NCBI GenBank assembly: GCA_964439095.1
Contig: CAYTMT010000003.1
Coordinates: forward strand, 1 to 36,336
Direction: 5' to 3'
Source of the DNA: an uncultured Gammaproteobacteria bacterium
GTDB lineage: Bacteria > Patescibacteriota > Patescibacteriia > Magasanikbacterales > GWA2-37-8
Length of the DNA: 36,336 nt
Under the pieces are notes generated by a model. The model made no database searches and was not told where the DNA came from. It saw only the letters and a program-made list of their open reading frames with translations. Numbering within the stretch: position 1 is the first letter of the stretch; every line of letters starts with the position of its first letter. A program made the position numbers and the translations under genes. Below are positions 15,703-23,695 of this stretch, one piece after another.

Positions 15703-18276
15703 ATGAACTTTACCGACATTCAAACGTCGATCACCGATGTTGTTCTAATACTTACCACTGCCGCCGAAAATCCGGTAGTGGCGAATGTGTACATTGCCCT
15801 GGCGGCATTCGTTGGTTTTGTAATTTTTTTATTTGCCCTCCGCCGCATACTCCACAAACTCTCCGAACATAAACGCGCCTTTCATCGTACCGTTCTCCTT
15901 ATTCGTGTACCCAAAGAAAAAAAATCTGAAGGACAGCAAGGAAACTCAGTAGATGATAATATCAATCAGATTCGTGAGCATATTGCCGTTGCTGAAACAC
16001 TGTTTTCGTCAATTGCTGGCCTGGAAGGTGAACATGGATTTTTGACCTGGCTCCGTGGAAGAAACGACCATTTGGCATTTGAAATAGTAGTACACCAAAA
16101 CAAAATTTCTTTCTACGTGGCCGTGCCTGACAAAATGAAATCTTTTGTGGATCAACAAATCAGCGCCCAATACCCTCACGCCGAAATCAGCGAAGAATCA
16201 GACTACAATAGTTTTCAACCCAGCGGTCACATTACTGGTGCCTATCTCTGGTTCAAATACCGATCTGCATTCCCTTTTAAGACCTACAAAAAAATGGACA
16301 CGGACCCGCTCGGAGCACTCCTCAACCCGCTCAGCAAAATACTCAATGACGAAGGTGCGGTTATTCAATACGTTGTTCGTCCTGCACCCCACAGTTGGCG
16401 CCATGAGGGCGTACACATGATTCGAGATATTAAAGAAGGACAAAAATTTGAATACATCGCACGTCGCGGTGGATTTATGCGTGCCTGGTTTAAATGGAAA
16501 AAAATATTGTTCCCCAAGACAAAAGATGCAGCCATGAGTGGCAGCAACTCTGAACAATACCATCTCACCCAAATGGAAGAAGAGATGGTAAAAAATATGG
16601 AAGAAAAACTGAGCCATGGCGGACTCGAAACCACCATCCGTGTTATTAGTTCGGCACCTAACAAAGAAAAGGCCAAACTCAATTTGGAAAATATTATCAA
16701 TGCGTTCAGCCAGTTCAACATTTATCGCTATGGCAACTCTTTTGGCGCCGCTATTCCACGCAAACCAAACTACATTATCCGTGATTCTATCTACCGCGCT
16801 TTCGACGAACGACGCCGCATGATTTCTAGTACCGAAGAAATGGCCAGTTTTTGGCACCTCCCAGGCAGTGGCACCGAAACGCCACACATCAACTGGCTGG
16901 GCGCGCGCAAAGCCCCACCCCCGGTGAACATGCCAAAAGAAGGTCTTATTCTTGGTCGTGCGGTATATCGCGGCGAAGAAACCATTGTGAAAATGTCCCG
17001 CTCTGATCGTCGCCGCCACTTATATGTGATCGGAAAATCTGGCTCTGGTAAATCAGTATTTATCCAAAACTTAGCCGTACAAGATATTCAAAATGGCGAG
17101 GGGGTATGTATTATTGATCCGCACGGTGACTTTGCCGAATACGCCCTTCAGCATGTGCCCAAAGAACGCGCCGAAGACGTAATCTATTTTAGCCCCGCCG
17201 ATACCGATCGCCCGATTGGGCTCAACATGCTCGAAGTAAAAACCGAAGAACAGAAAGATTTTGCCACCCAAGAAATGATCTCCATTTTTTACAAGCTCGT
17301 TACTGATCCAGCCATGATCGGCCCGATGTTTGAGCACAATATGCGAAACGTCATGCTCACCCTCATGAGCGATCTCGATCAACCTGGCACCATCGCTGAA
17401 GTGCCGCGCATGTTTACCGATGATGCGTTTGTAAATGAGTGGAAGAAAAAACTCAAAGACCCGATGGTATTGGCGTTTTGGGAAAAAGAAATGGCCAAAA
17501 CTTCCGACTTCCACAAATCAGAAATGCTTGGGTACCTGATTTCCAAAGTAGGTCGCTTTGTAGAAAACCAAATGATCCGCAACATTATTGGCCAATCACG
17601 CTCCGGATTTAACTTCCGCGAAGTCATGGACCAGAAAAAAATTCTCATTGTAAATTTGGCCAAAGGGTTGGTGGGTGAAATTAACTCCAACTTGATCGGT
17701 TTGATTATTGTATCCAAACTGCAAATGGCCGCTTTGGAACGTGCGGCTCTTCCCGAAGAACAACGTCATGATTTTTATCTGTACATCGATGAGTTCCAAA
17801 ACTTTATCACCGAATCAATCGCCACTATCCTCTCTGAAGCCCGTAAATATCGCCTAGAATTAATTATCGCTCATCAATACATGAATCAACTAGTGGATAA
17901 TAAAGGTAAAAATACCGTGCGCGACGCGGTGCTTGGTAATGCGGGTACACTGGTGTCGTTTCGTATCGGCACTGATGACGCTGAAATTTTATCCAAGGAA
18001 TTTGCACCAGTATTTAGCTCGTATGACCTGCTCAATGTGGAGCAATACACAGCCTATGTCAAACTCTTGATCGACAACACGGCAGCCAAACCATTTAATA
18101 TGAGCACCTACCCAGCCTCAGCCGGAAACAAAGAATTGGCAGCGGCGATTAAAGAGCTTTCACGCCTTAAATATGGTCGCCCTCGTGAACTGGTTGACGC
18201 TGAAATTATGGAACGTTCCCAACTCGGTGGCCCAGCCAAAGAAGCAACCACTGAATTAAGTGAAGCAACTCTCTAA
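15703..18276 (+). CDS. Membrane-anchored P-loop ATPase of the VirD4/TraG/TraD (T4SS coupling protein-like) type, with an uncharacterised ~430-aa N-terminal domain
   Basis: N-terminal TM (VYIALAAFVGFVIFLFAL). Walker A YVIGKSGSGKS, IIDPHGD, Walker B-like FYLYIDEFQNF, ARKYRLELIIAHQYMNQL and GNAGTLVSFRIG are typical of coupling-protein ATPases. The region before the ATPase matches no family I recognise, but it is paralogous to 23681..25117. Confidence 0.75.
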   Translation: MNFTDIQTSITDVVLILTTAAENPVVANVYIALAAFVGFVIFLFALRRILHKLSEHKRAFHRTVLLIRVPKEKKSEGQQGNSVDDNINQIREHIAVAETLFSSIAGLEGEHGFLTWLRGRNDHLAFEIVVHQNKISFYVAVPDKMKSFVDQQISAQYPHAEISEESDYNSFQPSGHITGAYLWFKYRSAFPFKTYKKMDTDPLGALLNPLSKILNDEGAVIQYVVRPAPHSWRHEGVHMIRDIKEGQKFEYIARRGGFMRAWFKWKKILFPKTKDAAMSGSNSEQYHLTQMEEEMVKNMEEKLSHGGLETTIRVISSAPNKEKAKLNLENIINAFSQFNIYRYGNSFGAAIPRKPNYIIRDSIYRAFDERRRMISSTEEMASFWHLPGSGTETPHINWLGARKAPPPVNMPKEGLILGRAVYRGEETIVKMSRSDRRRHLYVIGKSGSGKSVFIQNLAVQDIQNGEGVCIIDPHGDFAEYALQHVPKERAEDVIYFSPADTDRPIGLNMLEVKTEEQKDFATQEMISIFYKLVTDPAMIGPMFEHNMRNVMLTLMSDLDQPGTIAEVPRMFTDDAFVNEWKKKLKDPMVLAFWEKEMAKTSDFHKSEMLGYLISKVGRFVENQMIRNIIGQSRSGFNFREVMDQKKILIVNLAKGLVGEINSNLIGLIIVSKLQMAALERAALPEEQRHDFYLYIDEFQNFITESIATILSEARKYRLELIIAHQYMNQLVDNKGKNTVRDAVLGNAGTLVSFRIGTDDAEILSKEFAPVFSSYDLLNVEQYTAYVKLLIDNTAAKPFNMSTYPASAGNKELAAAIKELSRLKYGRPRELVDAEIMERSQLGGPAKEATTELSEATL

Positions 18277-18282
18277 AATTGT

Positions 18283-19884
18283 ATGACTACTCTCTACCGC
18301 AAATATCGTCCGCAAACCTTCGCTTCTGTCGAAGCACAAGCACACATCATCACCACGCTTACCAACGAAATTGTCCGTGGCTCAACTGCCCACGCCTATC
18401 TATTCTATGGCCCTCGCGGTGTTGGCAAAACAAGTGTGGCTCGATTATTTGCCAAAGCGCTGACCTGCAAAAATCGCGCACCCAACTCTGCCGAACCGTG
18501 CAACACCTGCCAATCATGTACCGAAATAGCCACTGGTCGGGCGTTAGATATTATCGAGATTGACGCTGCCTCACAAACCGGCGTGGATAATGTGCGCGAA
18601 AATATCATAGACAATGCTGAATTCAAGCCAACCCAACTTGCTTACAAAATTTTTATCATCGACGAAGCGCACATGCTGTCGACCAGTTCGTTTAACGCAC
18701 TCTTGAAGACACTCGAAGAACCGCCTGCCCATGCAGTGTTTATCCTCGCCACCACCGAACTGCACAAAATTCCCGCGACCATTATTTCTCGCTGTCAGCG
18801 TTTTCACTTTGGTAAAATTCCTGCCAGCGAAATGAAACGTCGCTTACTTGAAATAGCTCAACAAGAAAAAGTTATAGTTGATACTGATGTAATTGATCAA
18901 GTTGTAGCCAAAAGCGACGGTGGACTGCGCGATGCCGAAAGCTTACTCCAACAACTCCTCTCACTCGAATTGCCCCGCATTACACTTGCCGATGTCACCG
19001 CTATCCTCCCCACCATTTCGACCGAACGAATACGCGAATTTACTGCGGCTATCCTCCAAAAAAATACTGCCGCAGCAATGCGCTGTATACAACAAATGGC
19101 TAATGATGGCACAAACATCGAAGAATTCGCCACCGAACTTATAGCATTCTTTCGCACCTTGATGCTGCTGGCTGCACTTGGTGAAACAGCACCCGACGCC
19201 GACCAAATCCCCAAAGAATGGCGAGATGAATTTTCCAAAAATATTCCCACATCAAAATTTGTGACACTCATTGACTGTTTACTTCGTCGAAAAAATGATA
19301 TTAAATCTTCCCCGCTCCCCCACCTACCGCTTGAACTTTTTGCTGTGGAATGTGAAAACACAAACACTGCTACCTCAACACCACGAACACCAGAAAATGA
19401 AATACCTAAAAAGCCAGCAGCCACACCAAATGCCCCAGTAACCCCAGAGCCAAAAATAATTCCACCTCCTCCCATTATTGAAACACCGCCTGTTGCAGAA
19501 ATTACTACCCCACCAAAAAATAATTCCCATATAGCAACAAGCGTTCCTCTCGAAAAAATAACTGCTGTATGGGAGCAAATAATTGCAGATATCGACGTTA
19601 CCAACCATTCGCTTACCTTCATTCTCAAAACATGCACCTTAGAAAAAATTGAAAATGGACTACTCCATATTTCTATCCCCTATTCCTTTCATCGTGACAA
19701 GGTCATGGAACCAAAAAATAGAAAGATTATTCAGGAACGAATTGAACACTACACAGGCACCCCTCTAGAAATTAACTGTGTTATTCTCGCACCCACAACT
19801 ACATCTTCACTACCCACCACATCGCCAGCAGATGATCTGAGCGCTGCAATGGCCGTATTTGGAGGCGAAGTGGTTCCTTCTTGA
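18283..19884 (+). CDS. dnaX: DNA polymerase III subunit gamma/tau
   Basis: MTTLYRKYRPQTFASVEAQ..., Walker A GPRGVGKTS, zinc module CNTCQSCTEI, box IIDEAHML, SRCQRF sensor. A Pro-rich linker (aa ~370-411) is followed by a C-terminal domain. Confidence 0.95.
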   Translation: MTTLYRKYRPQTFASVEAQAHIITTLTNEIVRGSTAHAYLFYGPRGVGKTSVARLFAKALTCKNRAPNSAEPCNTCQSCTEIATGRALDIIEIDAASQTGVDNVRENIIDNAEFKPTQLAYKIFIIDEAHMLSTSSFNALLKTLEEPPAHAVFILATTELHKIPATIISRCQRFHFGKIPASEMKRRLLEIAQQEKVIVDTDVIDQVVAKSDGGLRDAESLLQQLLSLELPRITLADVTAILPTISTERIREFTAAILQKNTAAAMRCIQQMANDGTNIEEFATELIAFFRTLMLLAALGETAPDADQIPKEWRDEFSKNIPTSKFVTLIDCLLRRKNDIKSSPLPHLPLELFAVECENTNTATSTPRTPENEIPKKPAATPNAPVTPEPKIIPPPPIIETPPVAEITTPPKNNSHIATSVPLEKITAVWEQIIADIDVTNHSLTFILKTCTLEKIENGLLHISIPYSFHRDKVMEPKNRKIIQERIEHYTGTPLEINCVILAPTTTSSLPTTSPADDLSAAMAVFGGEVVPS

Positions 19885-19899
19885 GTATCCTTGTGGCCT

Positions 19900-20736
19900 A
19901 TGAAAAAAATTTTCCCTCTGATTTTACTCATAGTGTTAGGAATACCATTTACACCCGTGAGCGCTTTTTCCACAACTAAGGCTTCACTCCCTGTGCCCTT
20001 TACTCCCGAAACTCCTGACGGCCTGTGGATTGCTCCGTGGAAAAATGCGTGCGAAGAAGCGAGTATAGTAATGGTGCAGGAGTGCTATTTGGGGAAACCT
20101 AAAAAACTACTCCCAAAAAAAATGGCAAAACAGGCTATGCAGCCGTTTTTTAATATCCAAAATGAGCTTTTTGGCAACAACCGAGATTCCAACGCTGAAC
20201 GAACCAAGGAAATTATTGATGACTACGCCCTATTTTCGGCAACCATCAAAGAGAACCCAACACTGACAGATATTAAAGCAGAATTGGACAATAACCACCC
20301 TATTATCACCTTCCACTACGGATTTGACCTCAAAAACCCACTCATACCCTTTCGTCAAAACGGGTCTTCTTTTCATGTGATGGTGCTCACAGGGTACGAT
20401 GACACCCTCCAAGAATTTACGGTGAACGACCCAGCTGTACATCAAAAAGGTCTTGACTTTCGCTATTCGTATGCTACCATACTCGACACATTGCACGATT
20501 TTGACTACCAGACCAAAAAGGCGGACGGGCCAGCCCGCGTGCTGTTTACTCAGCCAAAAATACTCGTAAAAGCGACTAGCCGAGACGAGATCTACGTAAT
20601 CGAAAACAACACAATACGCCGCTATATTAGCTCCCCCCAAGTTTTCAAGGTGCGCAACTGGCCGTGGAGTGCGATTAAAGAAGTTGACCAAGTCTGGCTG
20701 GAACAATTTCCAACAGGAGAACGAATTGACAAATAA
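19900..20736 (+). CDS. Secreted C39-like (papain-fold) peptidase domain protein
   Basis: Signal peptide MKKIFPLILLIVLGIPFTPVSA. Candidate catalytic Cys in WKNACEEASIVMV and His in SSFHVMVLTGYDD, as in peptidase_C39-like domains. By-eye assignment. The 19891 start in the track is TTG. Confidence 0.5.
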   Translation: MKKIFPLILLIVLGIPFTPVSAFSTTKASLPVPFTPETPDGLWIAPWKNACEEASIVMVQECYLGKPKKLLPKKMAKQAMQPFFNIQNELFGNNRDSNAERTKEIIDDYALFSATIKENPTLTDIKAELDNNHPIITFHYGFDLKNPLIPFRQNGSSFHVMVLTGYDDTLQEFTVNDPAVHQKGLDFRYSYATILDTLHDFDYQTKKADGPARVLFTQPKILVKATSRDEIYVIENNTIRRYISSPQVFKVRNWPWSAIKEVDQVWLEQFPTGERIDK

Positions 20737-20778
20737 CACACCTGTCGCCTCTGCCATTTAGGCTTCGGCGAACAACAT

Positions 20779-20849
20779 TCGGGGATCGTCTAATGGTAGG
20801 ACAGCAGCCTTTGAAGCTGTTTATCGTGGTTCGAATCCACGTCCCCGAG
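20779..20849 (+). tRNA. tRNA-Gln (anticodon TTG), CCA not encoded
   Basis: TCGGGGATCGTCTAATGGTAGGACAGCAGCCTTTGAAGCTGTTTATCGTGGTTCGAATCCACGTCCCCGAG is a 71-nt cloverleaf. It has a U1:A72 pair as in E. coli tRNA-Gln, anticodon loop CTTTGAA and T-arm CGTGG/TTCGAAT/CCACG. Confidence 0.9.
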
Positions 20850-20860
20850 CGAACAAAAAT

Positions 20861-21115
20861 ATGACTCATCACGTCTATATTGTACAGTGCACCGACAGCT
20901 CGCTCTATACTGGTTGTACCGTGGATATACCCAAACGCATTCACGAACACAACTTTTCCTCTCGAGGGGCTAAATATACCCGCGCACGACGACCAGTAGC
21001 CCTGGTTTACTCAGAAACTTTCAAAAATATTGCTACTGCTCGAGCGCGTGAAGCTGAAATTAAAAGATTTACTCGAAAAAAGAAACAAGAACTCATCAAA
21101 AAGAGCTGTGCGTAG
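20861..21115 (+). CDS. GIY-YIG nuclease superfamily protein (YhbQ/UPF0213-like, single domain)
   Basis: HHVYIVQCTDSSLYTGCTVDIPKRIHEHN...ARAREAEIKRFTRKKK shows the GIY/YIG-type strands plus conserved Arg and Glu. 84 aa. Confidence 0.75.
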   Translation: MTHHVYIVQCTDSSLYTGCTVDIPKRIHEHNFSSRGAKYTRARRPVALVYSETFKNIATARAREAEIKRFTRKKKQELIKKSCA

Positions 21116-21131
21116 CATCCCATAACACCGG

Positions 21132-21160
21132 TTGATTTTTTAGCTCCTTTGTGCTAAAAT
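21132..21160 (+). promoter_or_regulatory. Sigma70-type promoter TTGATT-N17-TAAAAT (TGc extended -10), 10 nt upstream of the folD ATG
   Basis: TTGATTttttagctcctttgTGcTAAAATtgccttaattATG. Confidence 0.5.
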
Positions 21161-21170
21161 TGCCTTAATT

Positions 21171-22016
21171 ATGAGTTCTCTTATTCTGGGACAACCCATC
21201 GCCGACCGTATTCACACCGACACCAAACAACGGGCTGCTTTGCTATTGGCCCGAGGAATTACCCCAACCCTAGCAGTAATACTTGTCGGTAACCACCGCC
21301 CTTCAGAAATGTACGTACAGAAAAAGGCCGAGGCTGGAAAAAAAGTTGGCGTAGAAGTTGTCATCCATCGTTTCCCCGAAGAAATCACTACCAGCGAATT
21401 GACCCAGGCTATCCAAAAAATTCAAACTGAAACTAACCCCTCTGGGGTTATCGTGCAACTCCCCCTTCCAGAAGCAATTGATACTTCTGCAATACTTAAC
21501 GCTATTCAACCAGCACTCGATGTAGACTGCTTGACCAATGAAAATATCGGCCGACTAATGATGGGTACTGCAACTATTTTTCCTCCAACACCAATGGCTG
21601 CATGTTCAATACTTGACGAACTCACTATTCCACTTACTGGAAAAAATGTTACTATAGCTGGTATGGGAGCATTAGTAGGTAAACCTCTTACCGCCATACT
21701 CATTAATCGTGGTGCAAGCATCACTACCATTGACGAGAATACTGTCAACAGTGCCGAAAAATGTACAACTGCTGATATTTTGATAACAGGTGTTGGTAAA
21801 AAAGATTTAATTCACGGCGACATGATCCCCAAAAATGGAATCGTAATTGACATGGGTATTGTTTTTGTAGACGGAAAAGTATATGGCGATGTAAACGTAA
21901 CAGATGCCTTGGCGAGAGGAGCAATGGTAACCCCCACTCCTGGTGGAACTGGACCCATTACGGTCGCCCGCCTCCTCCAAAACGTCGTCTTAACAGCAGA
22001 GCAAAATAATTCTTAA
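21171..22016 (+). CDS. folD: Bifunctional methylenetetrahydrofolate dehydrogenase / methenyl-THF cyclohydrolase
   Basis: SEMYVQKKAEAGKKVG, GVIVQLPLP, PPTPMAACSILDE, GMGALVGKPL, TPTPGGTGPITVARLLQNV are conserved FolD blocks. Confidence 0.9.
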   Translation: MSSLILGQPIADRIHTDTKQRAALLLARGITPTLAVILVGNHRPSEMYVQKKAEAGKKVGVEVVIHRFPEEITTSELTQAIQKIQTETNPSGVIVQLPLPEAIDTSAILNAIQPALDVDCLTNENIGRLMMGTATIFPPTPMAACSILDELTIPLTGKNVTIAGMGALVGKPLTAILINRGASITTIDENTVNSAEKCTTADILITGVGKKDLIHGDMIPKNGIVIDMGIVFVDGKVYGDVNVTDALARGAMVTPTPGGTGPITVARLLQNVVLTAEQNNS

Positions 22017-22025
22017 TTTTTTCGT

Positions 22026-22964
22026 ATGACTACGACCACACTCAAATCAACAGCCAAAGATTTTTTTCTCCATCTATTCTCCATTATTGCGCTCGGGTGG
22101 ACCGTAGGCAATTTTTTAAGTCTCGCATTCTTATATATCAATCGCTGGTACCCGGATGCACTAGATACTCCTTTTGAATACGATTTAGGATCTCTCCGCT
22201 TTGCAGTAGCGTCACTGGTAATCATTTTTCCACTGTATTTATTAGTAATGCGTTCTATCGGAAAAATTATTGCCGAACATGTAGAAAAACGCGATTTTTG
22301 GGCACGCAAATGGATGATCTACCTCACTCTTTTTATAGCCGCAATCACTATTGCTGGCGACTTAGTAACGTTAGTGTATAATTTACTGGGGGGAGAGACA
22401 ACCATCCGTTTTATTCTCAAAACAATAGTAGTACTCATAACCGCTAGCGCTGTTGGTACGTACTACTTTTTTGAAAGCCACGAAGAAACAACGAATCAAA
22501 GCAAACAAATCCAACGTATTATTAGCATCACCGCTGGACTCCTCATCTTAGCTGCAATCATCACCGGATTTTTCTTTGCTGGGTCCCCATTTACTGCCAG
22601 ACAAAAAAAATTGGACGAGCAACGGGTAAGCGATCTACAAACAATTCAATGGCAAATTGTTGAATACTGGAGAAACAAAAAACATCTCCCCGAAACATTA
22701 GCACTTTTACCAGACCCAATTCGAGGTGTTTCAGTTCCACTCGATCCTGTCTCACGCACCTCCTATGGTTACCAAGTAAATAGCACTACCACCTTTGAAC
22801 TTTGTGCCAACTTTACTTTGGCAACCTCTTCGTCTACCTTGACCACAGCTATCGCCCCATATTCTTCTCCGTCTGCTTTTCGCAATGGCGAAAATGATTG
22901 GGGACACGGAATTGGCTTAACTTGTTTCTCTCGCACTATTGACCCTGACTTCTTCAAACAATAG
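22026..22964 (+). CDS. Multi-pass membrane protein (DUF5671-like N-terminal region) with a C-terminal pilin-like domain
   Basis: Five or six hydrophobic helices. The last helix (IISITAGLLILAAIITGFFFAG) is followed by ARQKKLDEQRVSDLQTIQWQIVEYWRNKKHLPETL...VPLDP...YGYQV...FELCANF. This parallels the alpha1-C/head pattern of the pilin at 10673..11131. The DUF name is from memory. Confidence 0.6.
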   Translation: MTTTTLKSTAKDFFLHLFSIIALGWTVGNFLSLAFLYINRWYPDALDTPFEYDLGSLRFAVASLVIIFPLYLLVMRSIGKIIAEHVEKRDFWARKWMIYLTLFIAAITIAGDLVTLVYNLLGGETTIRFILKTIVVLITASAVGTYYFFESHEETTNQSKQIQRIISITAGLLILAAIITGFFFAGSPFTARQKKLDEQRVSDLQTIQWQIVEYWRNKKHLPETLALLPDPIRGVSVPLDPVSRTSYGYQVNSTTTFELCANFTLATSSSTLTTAIAPYSSPSAFRNGENDWGHGIGLTCFSRTIDPDFFKQ

Positions 22965-22973
22965 GAATTCCGT

Positions 22974-23684
22974 ATGAAAACTGTGGTAGTAATTCCTACC
23001 TATAACGAACGAGAAAACATTAAAAAACTCATCCCCGCACTATTCCACCTTGGCTGTTCTGATTTTTCGTTGGTAGTGGTTGATGACAATTCACCAGATG
23101 GCACTAGTGAAGAATTAATAAAATTTGCCACACAATTTCCCATTACTCTTATTAAACGCCCCAAGAAACTTGGGCTTGGCTCTGCGTACGTGAGCGGTTT
23201 TACTGAGGCTCTGCGTATCGGGGCAGATTTGGTAGTAGAAATGGATGCGGATCTTTCTCACAAACCAACGGATATCCCCCGCCTCATCAGCGCCTGCGAA
23301 GATGGAGCTGACCTGGCGATAGGTTCACGACGCGTGCCTGGTGGCGGAATCGAAGGCTGGGGGCCAATTCGCCACATGATGAGTGCCGGAGCCATGTCTT
23401 TTGCTCGTATTATACTACAGCTCAAAACACACGATGTTACTGCTGGATTTCGTTGCTTTCGCCGTCAAGTGCTCACTTCCATAAACCTCGACACCATCAA
23501 CAGTAGTGGTTATGCTTTTCAAGAAGAAGTGCTTTATCGTACTGAACAAAAAAAATTTAGAGTAGTGGAATTACCAACTATTTTCATCGATCGATTGAAT
23601 GGAAAATCAAAATTGTCCCACAAAGATATTTTGGAATTTTTTCTTACCATACTCAGGCTGCGCCTTCAAAAAAAACTGCCCTAA
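22974..23684 (+). CDS. GT2 polyprenol-phosphate mannosyl/glycosyl-transferase (Dpm1/Ppm1-like)
   Basis: VVIPTYNERENI, VVDDNSPDGT, MDADLSHKP, GSRRVPGG are canonical Dpm1-type GT2 motifs. 236 aa. Confidence 0.8.
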   Translation: MKTVVVIPTYNERENIKKLIPALFHLGCSDFSLVVVDDNSPDGTSEELIKFATQFPITLIKRPKKLGLGSAYVSGFTEALRIGADLVVEMDADLSHKPTDIPRLISACEDGADLAIGSRRVPGGGIEGWGPIRHMMSAGAMSFARIILQLKTHDVTAGFRCFRRQVLTSINLDTINSSGYAFQEEVLYRTEQKKFRVVELPTIFIDRLNGKSKLSHKDILEFFLTILRLRLQKKLP

Positions 23685-23695
23685 CCATAGGGCAG
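23668..23695 (-). terminator. Hairpin spanning two convergent stop codons; terminator-like for the minus-strand gene (T8 follows on the minus strand)
   Basis: aaaaaaaaCTGCCCTaaccatAGGGCAGttc. The plus-strand TAA (23682-23684) and minus-strand TAG (23683-23681) share nucleotides at the stem/loop junction. Confidence 0.5.

Noticed and set aside
16198-17019. A 273-aa minus-strand ORF inside the ATPase gene. Similar long antisense ORFs are 18897..19637 (246 aa, in dnaX), 32761..33465 (234 aa, opposite mreB), 20230..20757 (175 aa) and 26347..26793 (148 aa, opposite secD).
   Set aside because: Each lies fully opposite a gene with strong conserved motifs, and none has a recognisable motif, promoter or RBS of its own. 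They are typical antisense open frames.
19059-19065. A first A AAA AAT heptamer in dnaX (codons 259-261, in an A7 run) as a frameshift site.
   Set aside because: A -1 shift here would truncate DnaX at about 270 aa, inside the clamp-loader core (before domain III is complete). A functional gamma-like product is therefore implausible.
20779-21115. tRNA-Gln followed 11 nt later by a GIY-YIG gene, as a possible homing endonuclease or the edge of an integrated element.
   Set aside because: The 84-aa protein is the single-domain YhbQ/UPF0213 type, with no DNA-binding or intron/intein context. I found no repeat of the tRNA 3' end downstream and no integrase. The following genes (folD, GT2) are housekeeping.
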